The position numbers and the translations under genes were made by a program. Under the pieces are notes generated by a model, which was not told the origin of the DNA, searched no databases, and saw only the letters and a list, made by a program, of their open reading frames with translations. Below, piece after piece: positions 28,086 to 37,324 of a stretch of 64,000 bases of DNA; position 1 is the stretch's first letter, and the number at the start of each line of letters is the position of its first letter. Source of the DNA: Candidatus Minusculum obligatum (GTDB lineage: Bacteria > Patescibacteriota > Minisyncoccia > Phycocordibacterales > Phycocordibacteraceae); the NCBI GenBank assembly GCA_002331145.1, contig DCYT01000001.1:223697-287696 (forward strand), in the 5' to 3' direction.

Positions 28086-30851
28086 CTAACCACTACAGCT
28101 TTCGCATACATTGTACTGAGGCTTCTCAGGAGCTTGAACTTGTACTTTTGGCTCTTCAGTTTTTACCTCCTCGTCTCCCAAATTCTCAACCTTTGCAGAA
28201 AGACTTCGCACATAATAAACCGTCTTAATTCCCTTCTCCCATGACTGCACATAATATTCGTACAGATTTTGAGGACTGGTGTTCTCTGGATTGATCATCC
28301 ACTCAAAACTAATTGACTGGTCAATCCATTGATAAATTTCCGCGATAAGGTCAATAACATCCTTCATATCAAGACTGATGTACTCCTTGTAGTACGGGAA
28401 GTTATCTTTATCTAGCTGTGGTGCAACACGAATTGTTGGAGATGAAAGATTATTCTCTACAAAGAATCGCTTGTAGATTGGAAGAAGCGCTGCTGTTGTT
28501 CCAACCACTCCAGCTGTTGAGGTATTTGGCGCAGGACCAGTATGGTACCCAAACCTAAATCCAGTTGTGGTCATATCAGCAAAGAGATCTTCCCACCCCT
28601 GGGCTCGTCCAGTATTTTCTACATACCACTGCTTATCTCTTCCAAGCAATATTCCCTTACTAAACTGACTTCCAGGATATAGCTCATAGTGTCCTCGCTC
28701 CTTTGCAAGATCAGCACTTGCTCGGTACATGTGATATGAGTACCGCTCAAATAGCTTATTCACCTCCTTCTTGGCATCCTCTGAGTCATATGCAATATGA
28801 TTTGTTGCCAAATACTCTGCAAGTCCCAAATACCCTACTCCTACAGGACGATATCGCTTTGCCGTTCGCTCAGCTTCCTTGATTGGATAGTAATTAAGGG
28901 TAATAACATTATCCAGTGCCCGCATTAGAGTTGGATATACTCGCGCAACAGTCTTCTCATCATTTACCTTCGCAACATTAACTGATGCAAGATTACACAC
29001 CACGGTATCTCCCGCCTTGTACTTTAGAGTGATGGTTCCATCCTCATGAGACTCTTCCTCAAACTTTGAAGGTGAAGTGTTCTGGCAAATCTCAGTACAC
29101 AGCTGTGTTGAATATACATTTCCAGCATGCTGGTTTGGATTTAGTCGATTTACTGTATCTCGGAAGAACACGTATGGCATTCCTGTCTCCACTACAGTCT
29201 TAAGATGTTTCTTGAAGAGATCTTTCGCACTTACGCTCTTCTTAAGCTTCAGACGATCATCCCTCTCACACTCCTCATAAAATTCATCGAACTCTTTCCC
29301 AAAAGAATCTTGCAGCCGCTTTCCATAAAACTTTTCAATCTCGTGTGGATCAAAGAGTGTCCATTCTCCATTCTCTTTCATACGACGCATGAAAATATCT
29401 GGAACAGAGATTGCTGGGAAGATATCAAAAGCCTTGTTTCGAATATCTCCTGTTTCAGTTTGAAGATCTAGGAAATCATAAATATCCCGATGCCACATAT
29501 CGAGCGTTACAGAAATAGCACCCATACGAGCACCAAGCTGATTTACTGCTACACCAGTGTCGTTAATAACTTTGATCCAAGGATTAACTCCACCTGAAGC
29601 TTTCTCTACACCTCGAATAGAAGCCTCTCGAGAGCGGATATTTCCCCAGTACATTCCTACTCCTCCTCCAAACTTAGAGATCTGCGCCACATTCTCAATA
29701 GCGTGGTAGATAGCACGTAGATCATCATCTACGTTTAGCTTGAAGCAGCTTGAAAGCTGGTGATAGTTTGTCCGTGAATTAAGGAGAGTTGGTGTAGGAA
29801 GTGACACTAACTGATTTGCACATGCGTCATATAGCTTAAATGCAAATTGGAGTCTATTCTCGCTAGCTTCCGGGATAGCCAAGAATAGGGCTACAGACAT
29901 GTACATTTCCTGTGGTGTCTCCTTCACTACACCATTTGGATTAAGGAGATATCGCTTTGTTAGAGAAAGTACTGTTGTGTACTGATAACTATCATCATAA
30001 CTTTGCTTTAGATATCTCCCCGCCTTCTTGATGTCATCTTTTGTGTAGTACTTGAAGAAATCTTTATAATAAAGTCCGCTCTCTACATACTCCTCAAAGA
30101 GTGCGAGGTAACTCTCATCTGTATATAGATCCTTAATTGAAATTCCTCGATTCTTTGTCGCCTTCTTATATACATTCTCAAGCAAGATACGTGCGGCAAT
30201 ATGTTGCCACCATGTATTTTCAATTGTCACCATATCAATCGCTGTTTTGATCATGAAGCGATTGATATCTTTTGTCTCGATATCATTTGCAAGATTTCGC
30301 TTAAACGCCTCTAGGAAATCTTCAAAATGACATTTGTTTTCATACCCACGGCACGCACGATTAAACACCTTTCGTATTTTATGGAGCTCAAATGTCTGCT
30401 GCTCCCCACCTGTTTTCTTTACACTAAGTTTTTTCTCTTCAAGCTGTGCTAGAAGATCATAGTGCTTGTTTTTTCGAGCTTGTGTTCTCTCATCTCGATA
30501 CAAAATATAGTGCTTTGCAATATTAAATTGCTTTGATTTCATCAAAGTCTCCTCTACTGCATCCTGCACCTGCTCAACGGTTAGAAGTTTTACTCCATTT
30601 GCATGTGCATCACGCTCAAGATTGAGCAATAGCTCATCAACAAGTCCTGGGATGAAAGATACGTCATCCACTGCAACTGCCGTACACGCCTTTTCTATAG
30701 CCTCTTCAATCCTCTTCCGATTAAACGGAACTACACGTCCGTCACGCTTCTCGATATTCGCAAGAACAGGATCTTGCGCGGTAATTCGTGGTCCTTCTGC
30801 GCTACTTGGGGGAGTTCCTGTAGCAACTTTGGTCGGCAGTTTGTTGTCCAT
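28086..30851 (-). CDS. nrdA: ribonucleotide reductase class I alpha subunit with N-terminal ATP-cone
   Basis: ATP-cone (VVPFNRKRIEEAIEKA), catalytic core motifs, and C-terminal CESCSG redox cysteine pair. 921 aa. Confidence 0.9.
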   Translation of the reverse strand: MDNKLPTKVATGTPPSSAEGPRITAQDPVLANIEKRDGRVVPFNRKRIEEAIEKACTAVAVDDVSFIPGLVDELLLNLERDAHANGVKLLTVEQVQDAVEETLMKSKQFNIAKHYILYRDERTQARKNKHYDLLAQLEEKKLSVKKTGGEQQTFELHKIRKVFNRACRGYENKCHFEDFLEAFKRNLANDIETKDINRFMIKTAIDMVTIENTWWQHIAARILLENVYKKATKNRGISIKDLYTDESYLALFEEYVESGLYYKDFFKYYTKDDIKKAGRYLKQSYDDSYQYTTVLSLTKRYLLNPNGVVKETPQEMYMSVALFLAIPEASENRLQFAFKLYDACANQLVSLPTPTLLNSRTNYHQLSSCFKLNVDDDLRAIYHAIENVAQISKFGGGVGMYWGNIRSREASIRGVEKASGGVNPWIKVINDTGVAVNQLGARMGAISVTLDMWHRDIYDFLDLQTETGDIRNKAFDIFPAISVPDIFMRRMKENGEWTLFDPHEIEKFYGKRLQDSFGKEFDEFYEECERDDRLKLKKSVSAKDLFKKHLKTVVETGMPYVFFRDTVNRLNPNQHAGNVYSTQLCTEICQNTSPSKFEEESHEDGTITLKYKAGDTVVCNLASVNVAKVNDEKTVARVYPTLMRALDNVITLNYYPIKEAERTAKRYRPVGVGYLGLAEYLATNHIAYDSEDAKKEVNKLFERYSYHMYRASADLAKERGHYELYPGSQFSKGILLGRDKQWYVENTGRAQGWEDLFADMTTTGFRFGYHTGPAPNTSTAGVVGTTAALLPIYKRFFVENNLSSPTIRVAPQLDKDNFPYYKEYISLDMKDVIDLIAEIYQWIDQSISFEWMINPENTSPQNLYEYYVQSWEKGIKTVYYVRSLSAKVENLGDEEVKTEEPKVQVQAPEKPQYNVCESCSG

Positions 30852-31048
30852 AGAAAAAATGATTATCCTAAATTACTAATTTTTGTGCAGGTGTCCTTCT
30901 ATAGAACTGCACAAAGCTCACTACAGAATTATACAGACCAGGACACCATGATCCCTGTGGATATCCTTCAAAAAGTTCACTCTGAAACACTTTTTGCTAC
31001 GTAGACAACCCCCTCCAAATCTCGCTGCTCCACTAAGGGCCCAAATAG

Positions 31049-31078
31049 AAAACACTCGGGTTTTATCCCGAGTGTTTT
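31049..31078 (-). terminator. intrinsic terminator of rnpB
   Basis: AAACACUCGGG-AUAAA-CCCGAGUGUUU hairpin followed by UCUAUUU on the minus-strand transcript. Confidence 0.7.
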
Positions 31079-31087
31079 CATTTTTAT

Positions 31088-31408
31088 ATCGTGGCTATAA
31101 GCCGGATTCTGTAATAAGAGTTTACACTCTTACCGACAGTTATTTACCTTGCCTTTATGTTGCCATAAAGATCTTTGCGGCACTCTCCATAAAATGGAGT
31201 ACGGCCTTGCACGTAGGTAGGAATTTTGCCGTTTCACCCATATGTCTCCACATGATTATTCCCGAGGGAACCCATTGCATCTCTGCGCTGGCGTCACTGC
31301 TCGCATCCCTAAGATTGCTCTCGACGGGCGTTACCCGCTACCCTGCTACAGAACAAGTCTGTACGTGTCCGGACTTTCCTCACAAAAGCGCAACTGTCCA
31401 CCACGACA
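31088..31408 (-). ncRNA. rnpB: RNase P RNA (bacterial type A-like, reduced)
   Basis: On the minus strand: P4 5' strand GAGGAAAGUCCGG (31369-31381), CAGGGUAGCGGGUAACGCCCG (P10/11/12 region), AGAGCAA, GGGUGAAA, AAGGCCGUAC (P15-like), P4 3' strand ACAGAAUCCGGCUUAUA (31096-31112). P1 pairing GUCGUGGU/GCCACGAU. About 320 nt. GC-rich against an AT-rich genome. Confidence 0.85.
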
Positions 31409-31414
31409 AAAAAG

Positions 31415-31443
31415 ATTATACAACTTATTGGCTAAATAGTCCA
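31415..31443 (-). promoter_or_regulatory. promoter of rnpB (-10 TATAAT, -35 TGGACT)
   Basis: TATAAT (revcomp of 31415-31420) 7 nt upstream of the inferred RNase P RNA 5' end. Overlaps the stop of the upstream DUF192 gene. Confidence 0.5.
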
Positions 31444-31922
31444 CCAAAGTTAAATACTGCTGGACGGTATGAGATAAGCTTCAACTTTATTCCATCTTTA
31501 ATGCCATGTCCCTCAATAAAACCAACATTAGTCTCTAGCACATAGCGTGCCTCTATTGGAGGATAGAAAATCTTTGGGTAGGTATCTGGGCTTATATCAT
31601 TCTTCCAGTACACCACTCGCAGGTTCTCATCTAGCCACATAATATCTATAGGAAACTTCATTCCCTTCATCCAGATTCCATACTTTTCATTCTCTGGAAA
31701 CACAAAAAGGAGTCCATGATTTTGTGGAAGAGATTCAAGACCCGAGAGCCCTTGAGATCGCGTCTCTTCAGTATTTGCAATCGCCACCTTAAGTGGAGAG
31801 TTGTTGATATACGCATAATAGATACGCGTACTATCCAATTGCTGATTGAACATTGTAGATCCTACATACAAGAAGAATCCCCCAAATGCTGCAATCAATA
31901 CTGCGTAGAGAACTATTTTCAT
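31425..31922 (-). CDS. DUF192-family secreted/membrane-anchored protein
   Basis: N-terminal signal/TM. GIWMKGMKFPIDIMWLDEN..VV resembles the DUF192 (COG1430) core. Confidence 0.55.
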   Translation of the reverse strand: MKIVLYAVLIAAFGGFFLYVGSTMFNQQLDSTRIYYAYINNSPLKVAIANTEETRSQGLSGLESLPQNHGLLFVFPENEKYGIWMKGMKFPIDIMWLDENLRVVYWKNDISPDTYPKIFYPPIEARYVLETNVGFIEGHGIKDGIKLKLISYRPAVFNFGGLFSQ

Positions 31923-31958
31923 CTAAACATTTAGTATAAGTAACGAATTTAGTATACC

Positions 31959-32384
31959 TCACTCACTTACCTCTCCATCGAAGTGTTCATGCATTTCGTC
32001 AGCCTTTGTTTTATGAACTATTCCGTGTTTATGCTCTGGTGGAGTATAGACAGAGTAAAGCTTCATAACCTCCTCTCCTGTATTTAAAACATTATGAGAT
32101 GCGCCAGCAGGAATCACTACCGCAAAATCGTCTTCAACATCATGTCCTACTCCATCAATTACAACTTTCCCAGAACCTTGTTCAAAACGAATAAACTGGT
32201 CAAGGTCGTGAACCTCTTCTCCAATCTCGTCTCCAGACTCAATTGCCATTAGTACTAATTGACTATTTTTCGTCGTGTAGAGAACTCGACGGTATTGAGT
32301 ATTTTCTAGCGTTTCCTTTTCAATATTTAATACGTATCCTTTCATTGTCTGTAAGTATATCAAAAACGAGAAGAGGGTGATCAA
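31959..32384 (-). CDS. cupin-domain protein
   Basis: Cupin motifs G.E.HDLDQF.RFEQGSG...DG (G(X)5HXH...E / G(X)5PXG(X)2H(X)3N-like). 141 aa; true start may be the internal MKGYV. Confidence 0.6.
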   Translation of the reverse strand: MITLFSFLIYLQTMKGYVLNIEKETLENTQYRRVLYTTKNSQLVLMAIESGDEIGEEVHDLDQFIRFEQGSGKVVIDGVGHDVEDDFAVVIPAGASHNVLNTGEEVMKLYSVYTPPEHKHGIVHKTKADEMHEHFDGEVSE

Positions 32385-32527
32385 GATAGACCACCCTCGT
32401 CCGAGATGCAGATCACCTCGCTTTCGTAGTTGGCGTTGACATCAGGGAATTTGCCATAGTTTATATTTTCACCTCCTACGTTGAACCTAGCTTAATTATA
32501 CAAAACCACCCCACCAAAAGAGATAAG

Positions 32528-33415
32528 TTATCCCCGTAATGCTTTCACCCTCTCTTCAATTGGTGGATGTGTAGAGAATAGCTTTGCCATATGCTTCCCT
32601 GCTTTTGCAGATCCAAATGGATTGCTAATAAAAAGATGAGCTGTTGCGTTATTTGCTCGCTTCATAGGAGCTTTGTGCCCTCCGATTTTCTCTAGCGCAG
32701 ATGCCAATCCCTCAGGATACCGGGTCATAAGACCTGCTGATGCATCAGCTAGAAATTCCCGCTTTCTTGATACTGCCAAGTGAATAAGCTGTGCTGCAAT
32801 AGGAGCCAGGATTGCAAATACAATTCCGGCAATAGCAATTGCGCCATTTCCTCCTCGATCGTTACCTTTCATTCCCCCATAGAATGTCATTCGCATAAAC
32901 ATATCAGCAAGGATTGTAATGAACCCAAGGAGGACAACCGTTACGGTCATAACAAGCATGTCTTTGTTTTTGATATGAGAGAGTTCGTGAGCTATTACCC
33001 CCTCAAGCTCATTTTTCTCAAGCATAGAGACAAGTCCTGTTGTAACTGCAACAACCGCATGCTTCTCATCCCTTCCTGTAGCAAAAGCATTAGGAGCGGA
33101 ATCTTCAATAATATAAAGCCTTGGCATTGGAAGACCTGCTGCAATTGAGAGGTTCTCTGTAATATTCCACAAATCAAAGTACTCTTCTCGAGTTACTTTC
33201 TTTGCTCCATTCATAGAAAGCGCGATCTTGTCTGAGAACCAAAAGCTTCCCACATTCATAAAGAGCGCAAAAGCTACCGCAATAAAGAGAAGGTATTGCG
33301 CATCATAATAGTATGAGAAGAACCATCCGATACCAATCACCACCAAAGCAAACGTGATCATTAACATCCACGTTTTGTACACATTTTTGCTTTGTTGACT
33401 ATACAGTGATGCCAT
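32528..33415 (-). CDS. htpX: zinc metalloprotease HtpX (M48)
   Basis: HELSHIKNKD (HExxH) plus two N-terminal and two C-terminal TM helices. 295 aa. Confidence 0.85.
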   Translation of the reverse strand: MASLYSQQSKNVYKTWMLMITFALVVIGIGWFFSYYYDAQYLLFIAVAFALFMNVGSFWFSDKIALSMNGAKKVTREEYFDLWNITENLSIAAGLPMPRLYIIEDSAPNAFATGRDEKHAVVAVTTGLVSMLEKNELEGVIAHELSHIKNKDMLVMTVTVVLLGFITILADMFMRMTFYGGMKGNDRGGNGAIAIAGIVFAILAPIAAQLIHLAVSRKREFLADASAGLMTRYPEGLASALEKIGGHKAPMKRANNATAHLFISNPFGSAKAGKHMAKLFSTHPPIEERVKALRG

Positions 33416-33458
33416 GGTGTGATATTATACTTTGATCGTTCTTTAAAGGGAGGGTTGT

Positions 33459-33548
33459 ATGGATCCCGCTGTCTACATTATTGTGGGACTCACAGGTCTC
33501 GCACTTGCAATCGCGATCTACAATGTACTTCGCGGAAACTCAACCTAA
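33459..33548 (+). CDS. 29-aa single-TM peptide (MDPAVYIIVGLTGLALAIAIYNVLRGNST)
   Basis: Strong SD AGGGAGGG 5 nt upstream of ATG. Immediately followed by an intrinsic terminator. Confidence 0.45.
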   Translation: MDPAVYIIVGLTGLALAIAIYNVLRGNST

Positions 33549-33581
33549 GGGGGCGCACTATCATTTCAGTGCGCCCTTTTT
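33549..33581 (+). terminator. rho-independent terminator (GGCGCACU...AGUGCGCC + UUUUU)
   Basis: 8-bp GC-rich stem followed by CTTTTTC. Confidence 0.7.
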
Positions 33582-33584
33582 CAA

Positions 33585-34157
33585 TTAGATAGAAACCTTT
33601 ACGGGGTCCTTTGCTGCCTCTTCCTCTAGCTCAAAGAACTCTCGTGGAGAAAATCCAAGAATTCCAGCAATCATATTTGTTGGGAATACTTCAAGAGCAG
33701 TATTCAGGTCTCGTACCACAGTGTTGTAGAAACGTCGTGCTGCCTGAATCTTATTCTCAGTGTCAGTTAGTTCATTCTGAAGATTAAGGAAGTTCTCATT
33801 TGCTTTAAGGTCTGGATACGCCTCAGATACTGCAAATAGAGACTTTAGTGCTCCGCTAAGCATATTCTCAGCTGCTCCTTGCTCTGCTGCTCCATCTGCC
33901 TGCATTGCAGCACTTCGAGCCTTTGTTACCTCCTCAAACACAGACTTCTCATGTGCCGCATACCCCTTTACTGTTTCTACAAGATTGGGAATAAGGTCAT
34001 ATCGACGCTTAAGTTGCACATCGATGTCAGCCCACGCTTCTTTCCCTCGATTTACCAAAGAAACAAGCTTATTAAAGGTCCCAATTACCCAAAGAATAAT
34101 AACTACAGCTACTCCTAGTACTATATATAGTGGTGTCATATGCGGGTATTGTACCAA
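33585..34157 (-). CDS. lemA: LemA family protein
   Basis: N-terminal TM then conserved LemA core (NKLV..RN...AWADIDVQLKRR.DLIPNLV.TVK.YA.HE...). 190 aa. Confidence 0.85.
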   Translation of the reverse strand: MVQYPHMTPLYIVLGVAVVIILWVIGTFNKLVSLVNRGKEAWADIDVQLKRRYDLIPNLVETVKGYAAHEKSVFEEVTKARSAAMQADGAAEQGAAENMLSGALKSLFAVSEAYPDLKANENFLNLQNELTDTENKIQAARRFYNTVVRDLNTALEVFPTNMIAGILGFSPREFFELEEEAAKDPVKVSI

Positions 34158-34177
34158 GGTTTGATTTAGGAGCTATA

Positions 34178-34207
34178 TTGACAATGTATATATTTAGGTG
34201 GTATAAT
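34178..34207 (+). promoter_or_regulatory. consensus sigma70 promoter TTGACA-N18-TATAAT (GGTGGTATAAT module)
   Basis: TTGACA 34178-34183 and TATAAT 34202-34207. Same GGTGGTATAAT module and spacing as the promoter at 11184. Divergent from lemA. Confidence 0.65.
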
Positions 34208-34239
34208 ACATTTAACGTTGATCTTTACAGGAGGCTCTT

Positions 34240-34473
34240 ATGAGCGACGCAAAAAAAGAAGGTTCCGTCATTGCTTGGTTCCTCATTGCTGGTGCAGGAG
34301 TTCTCTGCGCCATCGTGGGAATCGGAGCATTCGTCACTGACGTGTTCATCATGTCACCGGATCGCCCTGCAGCAGGAATTGGCGGAACAATGCTTCTGTT
34401 CCTCTTCGGAACACTCAGCTGGCTCTGCTGGCACATGCTTCATACGGGCACAGTAAGGCCTGAAGAAAGTTAA
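34240..34473 (+). CDS. GC-rich 77-aa two-TM small membrane protein
   Basis: SD AGGAGG upstream of ATG. Two hydrophobic helices. Own consensus promoter and terminator. Confidence 0.5.
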   Translation: MSDAKKEGSVIAWFLIAGAGVLCAIVGIGAFVTDVFIMSPDRPAAGIGGTMLLFLFGTLSWLCWHMLHTGTVRPEES

Positions 34474-34478
34474 ACAAA

Positions 34479-34516
34479 ACCCCCGGACTCAAATGAGTTC
34501 CGGGGGTTACTTTATC
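34479..34516. terminator. bidirectional intrinsic terminator (serves the + sORF and the - response regulator)
   Basis: CCCCCGGA(A)CUC-AAAUG-GAGUUCCGGGGG hairpin with U-tracts on both strands. Confidence 0.7.
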
Positions 34517-35252
34517 CTCCAGATGAATATAAAGAGGCAATCTCTTCTGGAGTGACAACAACGGTAACGTTTTCGGAGGCAGGTTCAGATACACTGTACC
34601 CTCCTCCCCAAACCGTTTTAATATAATGATCTCCATTATTCTCTCTTGCCAGCTTCCTGCGAAGTCTGCAAACAAAGACATCAATGACTTTTTCATCAGG
34701 TTCATCCATTCCACCGTACAGATGATCCATTATCACGTCTTTGGATACAACTTTCCCCTTACGCAAGAACAACAGCTCAAGCAGCTTGTACTCTTTCTGA
34801 CTAAGACTTACAGAAACATCCTGAACTGTAATAGCCTTGGACGAAATATCCACATTAATATTCCCAACACTGATAATGTTTTGGACTTGGCCATGCACTC
34901 GCCGCGCTACAGCCCTAACACGAGCAACAAGCTCATTCACATCGCAAGACTTCACAATGTAGTCATCCGCTCCAGCATCAAGACAGGATATTTTATTATC
35001 AATCTCACTATTTCCGCTTAACATCAAAACTGGCGTTTCAATTTTTGCTAAACGCAAACCTCGAACAACATCGAGTCCAGAAATATCTGGCAAACAGAGA
35101 TCGAGAATAATTACGTCGTAATCAAACAACTTTCCAAGATCTAGGCCCTCATCTCCAAGATCGGTTGCATACACATTGAAACCTTCTGACCTAAGATAAA
35201 GCTGCAGTGAGTCAGAAAATGCCTTGTCATCTTCAACAAGAAGTACACGCAT
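34512..35252 (-). CDS. OmpR/PhoB-family response regulator (REC + winged-helix)
   Basis: Receiver motifs (VLLVEDD, D...ILDL.LPD.SG, K-S) and C-terminal trans_reg_C (LS.KEY.LLELL...G.V.S...I....YGG). No adjacent histidine kinase. Confidence 0.8.
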   Translation of the reverse strand: MRVLLVEDDKAFSDSLQLYLRSEGFNVYATDLGDEGLDLGKLFDYDVIILDLCLPDISGLDVVRGLRLAKIETPVLMLSGNSEIDNKISCLDAGADDYIVKSCDVNELVARVRAVARRVHGQVQNIISVGNINVDISSKAITVQDVSVSLSQKEYKLLELLFLRKGKVVSKDVIMDHLYGGMDEPDEKVIDVFVCRLRRKLARENNGDHYIKTVWGGGYSVSEPASENVTVVVTPEEIASLYSSGG

Positions 35253-35340
35253 TGGTCACTCCTTTCTTTTCTCTATATATGAACATACGCCTTAAAATTA
35301 CCCTGGTCAAACTCTTGCAAACCTCTCATCTCATGGTATC

Positions 35341-35586
35341 TTGATGCTAACGATGGAAGCAGTAGCTAATATCCTGCCTTACGCGCAGATCATTCTCTCT
35401 ATCCTCCTTATTGTGAGCATCTTGCTGCAACAGCGCGGTGCAAGCATTGGAGGGGCTTTTGGTACTGACAATTTCTCATCTACCTTCTACAAGCGACGAG
35501 GAATTGAAAAAGTGCTATTCCGAGCGACAATTATTCTCGCTATTCTTTTCGTATTATCAGCACTAGTTGCACTATTGATTAAATAA
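35341..35586 (+). CDS. secG: preprotein translocase subunit SecG
   Basis: 81 aa, two TM with LLQ..G.G..GG.FG motif typical of SecG. Confidence 0.7.
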   Translation: MMLTMEAVANILPYAQIILSILLIVSILLQQRGASIGGAFGTDNFSSTFYKRRGIEKVLFRATIILAILFVLSALVALLIK

Positions 35587-35591
35587 ATTCT

Positions 35592-37301
35592 ATGGACGCG
35601 CGACGTCTTCGCGACACTCTTACAAAGGAACGAACAATTCCTTTCACTCAAAAAGCAACTTCAGTCCTTCATTCTCTCTCACATGGAGACAAGGTTATTT
35701 TTTGGATGCTAGCGGGACTCATGGGTCTTGGTGCTATTTTTGCGCTTGGTGAGCTACGGGATCAAATTGTTGAGGTAGTACCAGCACACGGCGGATCACT
35801 AACTGAAGGAGTTGTAGGATCTCCACGATTTGTAAATCCACTCCTTGCCCTCTCTGATACAGACCGAGACCTTGTAGAACTTACCTTTGCAGGACTTATG
35901 GGAGTAGACAAGGAAGGAAACCTTATTCCTGAACTTGCAGAGAGCTACACGCTTTCAGAGGACGGCCTAACATATACTTTTATTATTAAAGAAAGTGCAA
36001 CTTTCCACGATGGAGAGCCTGTAACAGCAGAGGATGTTGCCTTTACCGTTTCAAAACTACAAGACCCGCTTATTAAAAGTCCCAAAATTGCCAACTGGCT
36101 TGGAGTGCAGACAGAGGTGCTCGATATTCGATCTGTCTCATTTACACTAACTGAGCCATACGCACCATTCCTTGAGAATGCAACGCTTGGGATTATCCCA
36201 AAGCATATTTGGAAAGATGTACCGAGCGAAGAGTTCCCCTTCTCACAATTTGTTGTAGAGCCAATTGGAGCAGGCCCATATAAAGTTACAAATGTGCAAA
36301 GGAATAACTCAGGAATTCTAAAAGAGTATAATCTTCGAGCTTTTGATGAATACGCACTTGGGAAGCCCTACATCAACAACATCTCTCTAAAGTTTTACGG
36401 AAATGAGAGCTCACTCCAGAAAGCTCTTGCTCGAGGAGAGATAGAAAGCGCACATTCACTTATTCCAGAGAACCTTCCAAAGGATCTTAAAGTTGTAACA
36501 GGGCCATACCTGCGAGTGTTTGGAGTATTCCTGAATCAAAATGAGAATGAAGTACTTTCAAGCATTGTTGTGCGAAAAGCACTTTCAACATCTCTTGATA
36601 GACAAAAGATTATCGATACGGTACTTTCTGGCTACGGAACACCTCTTACGTCCCCTCTTCCAGGAATTCCAGCTACAACAGTTGAAAATCCTATTGAAGA
36701 GGCAATTGATGTGCTTGAGCGCAACGGCTGGGAATTTAGTGTTGAGAATCGAGTGTGGGAGAAAAAGAATGACAGTATTCGAATTACTCTCCGCACAAGC
36801 AACATTCCTGAACTTGCGCAAACAGCACAGATCATAAAGCAAAGTTTTGAGGCAATTGGAGTGCCCACAAACCTTGAGCTCTATGACACGGGTGAGCTAA
36901 GTCAGGGAGTTATTCGTCCACGAAATTACCAAGGATTGCTCTTTGGTATGGTGCTAGGTCGGGTTCCAGATCTTTACGCATTTTGGCATTCAAGCCAGCG
37001 TAATGATCCGGGTCTTAACGTGGCACTATACGCAAATGTAGATGCAGATGATGCACTTGAACATTTGCGTGAGACACACGATGCGGAAGAAAGAGAAGAA
37101 CATCTAGAGGAGTTTCTTGATGAAGTAGATGCGGACATCCCTGCAATCTTCACCCACGCTCCACAGATGACATATCTTATTCCTCAAAACCTAAACGGTG
37201 TATCACTTCCACCGCTGACAACAGCAAGTGACCGCTTTAGCAATGTACATACGTGGTACAGAGAAACCGAAAAGGTTTGGCCATTTTTAGTACGGGATTA
37301 A
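35592..37301 (+). CDS. ABC transporter substrate-binding protein, family 5 (peptide/nickel type)
   Basis: 569 aa with N-terminal TM/signal and overall SBP_bac_5 architecture. No adjacent permease or ATPase genes. Confidence 0.55.
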   Translation: MDARRLRDTLTKERTIPFTQKATSVLHSLSHGDKVIFWMLAGLMGLGAIFALGELRDQIVEVVPAHGGSLTEGVVGSPRFVNPLLALSDTDRDLVELTFAGLMGVDKEGNLIPELAESYTLSEDGLTYTFIIKESATFHDGEPVTAEDVAFTVSKLQDPLIKSPKIANWLGVQTEVLDIRSVSFTLTEPYAPFLENATLGIIPKHIWKDVPSEEFPFSQFVVEPIGAGPYKVTNVQRNNSGILKEYNLRAFDEYALGKPYINNISLKFYGNESSLQKALARGEIESAHSLIPENLPKDLKVVTGPYLRVFGVFLNQNENEVLSSIVVRKALSTSLDRQKIIDTVLSGYGTPLTSPLPGIPATTVENPIEEAIDVLERNGWEFSVENRVWEKKNDSIRITLRTSNIPELAQTAQIIKQSFEAIGVPTNLELYDTGELSQGVIRPRNYQGLLFGMVLGRVPDLYAFWHSSQRNDPGLNVALYANVDADDALEHLRETHDAEEREEHLEEFLDEVDADIPAIFTHAPQMTYLIPQNLNGVSLPPLTTASDRFSNVHTWYRETEKVWPFLVRD

Positions 37302-37324
37302 TTAATAAAATTTAGAAAATAGAC

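Noticed and set aside
30994-31545. 183-aa plus-strand ORF from the six-frame track
   Set aside because: It lies antisense across the RNase P RNA gene and its promoter and terminator, and overlaps the DUF192 gene. It has no SD and an odd composition. Treated as spurious.
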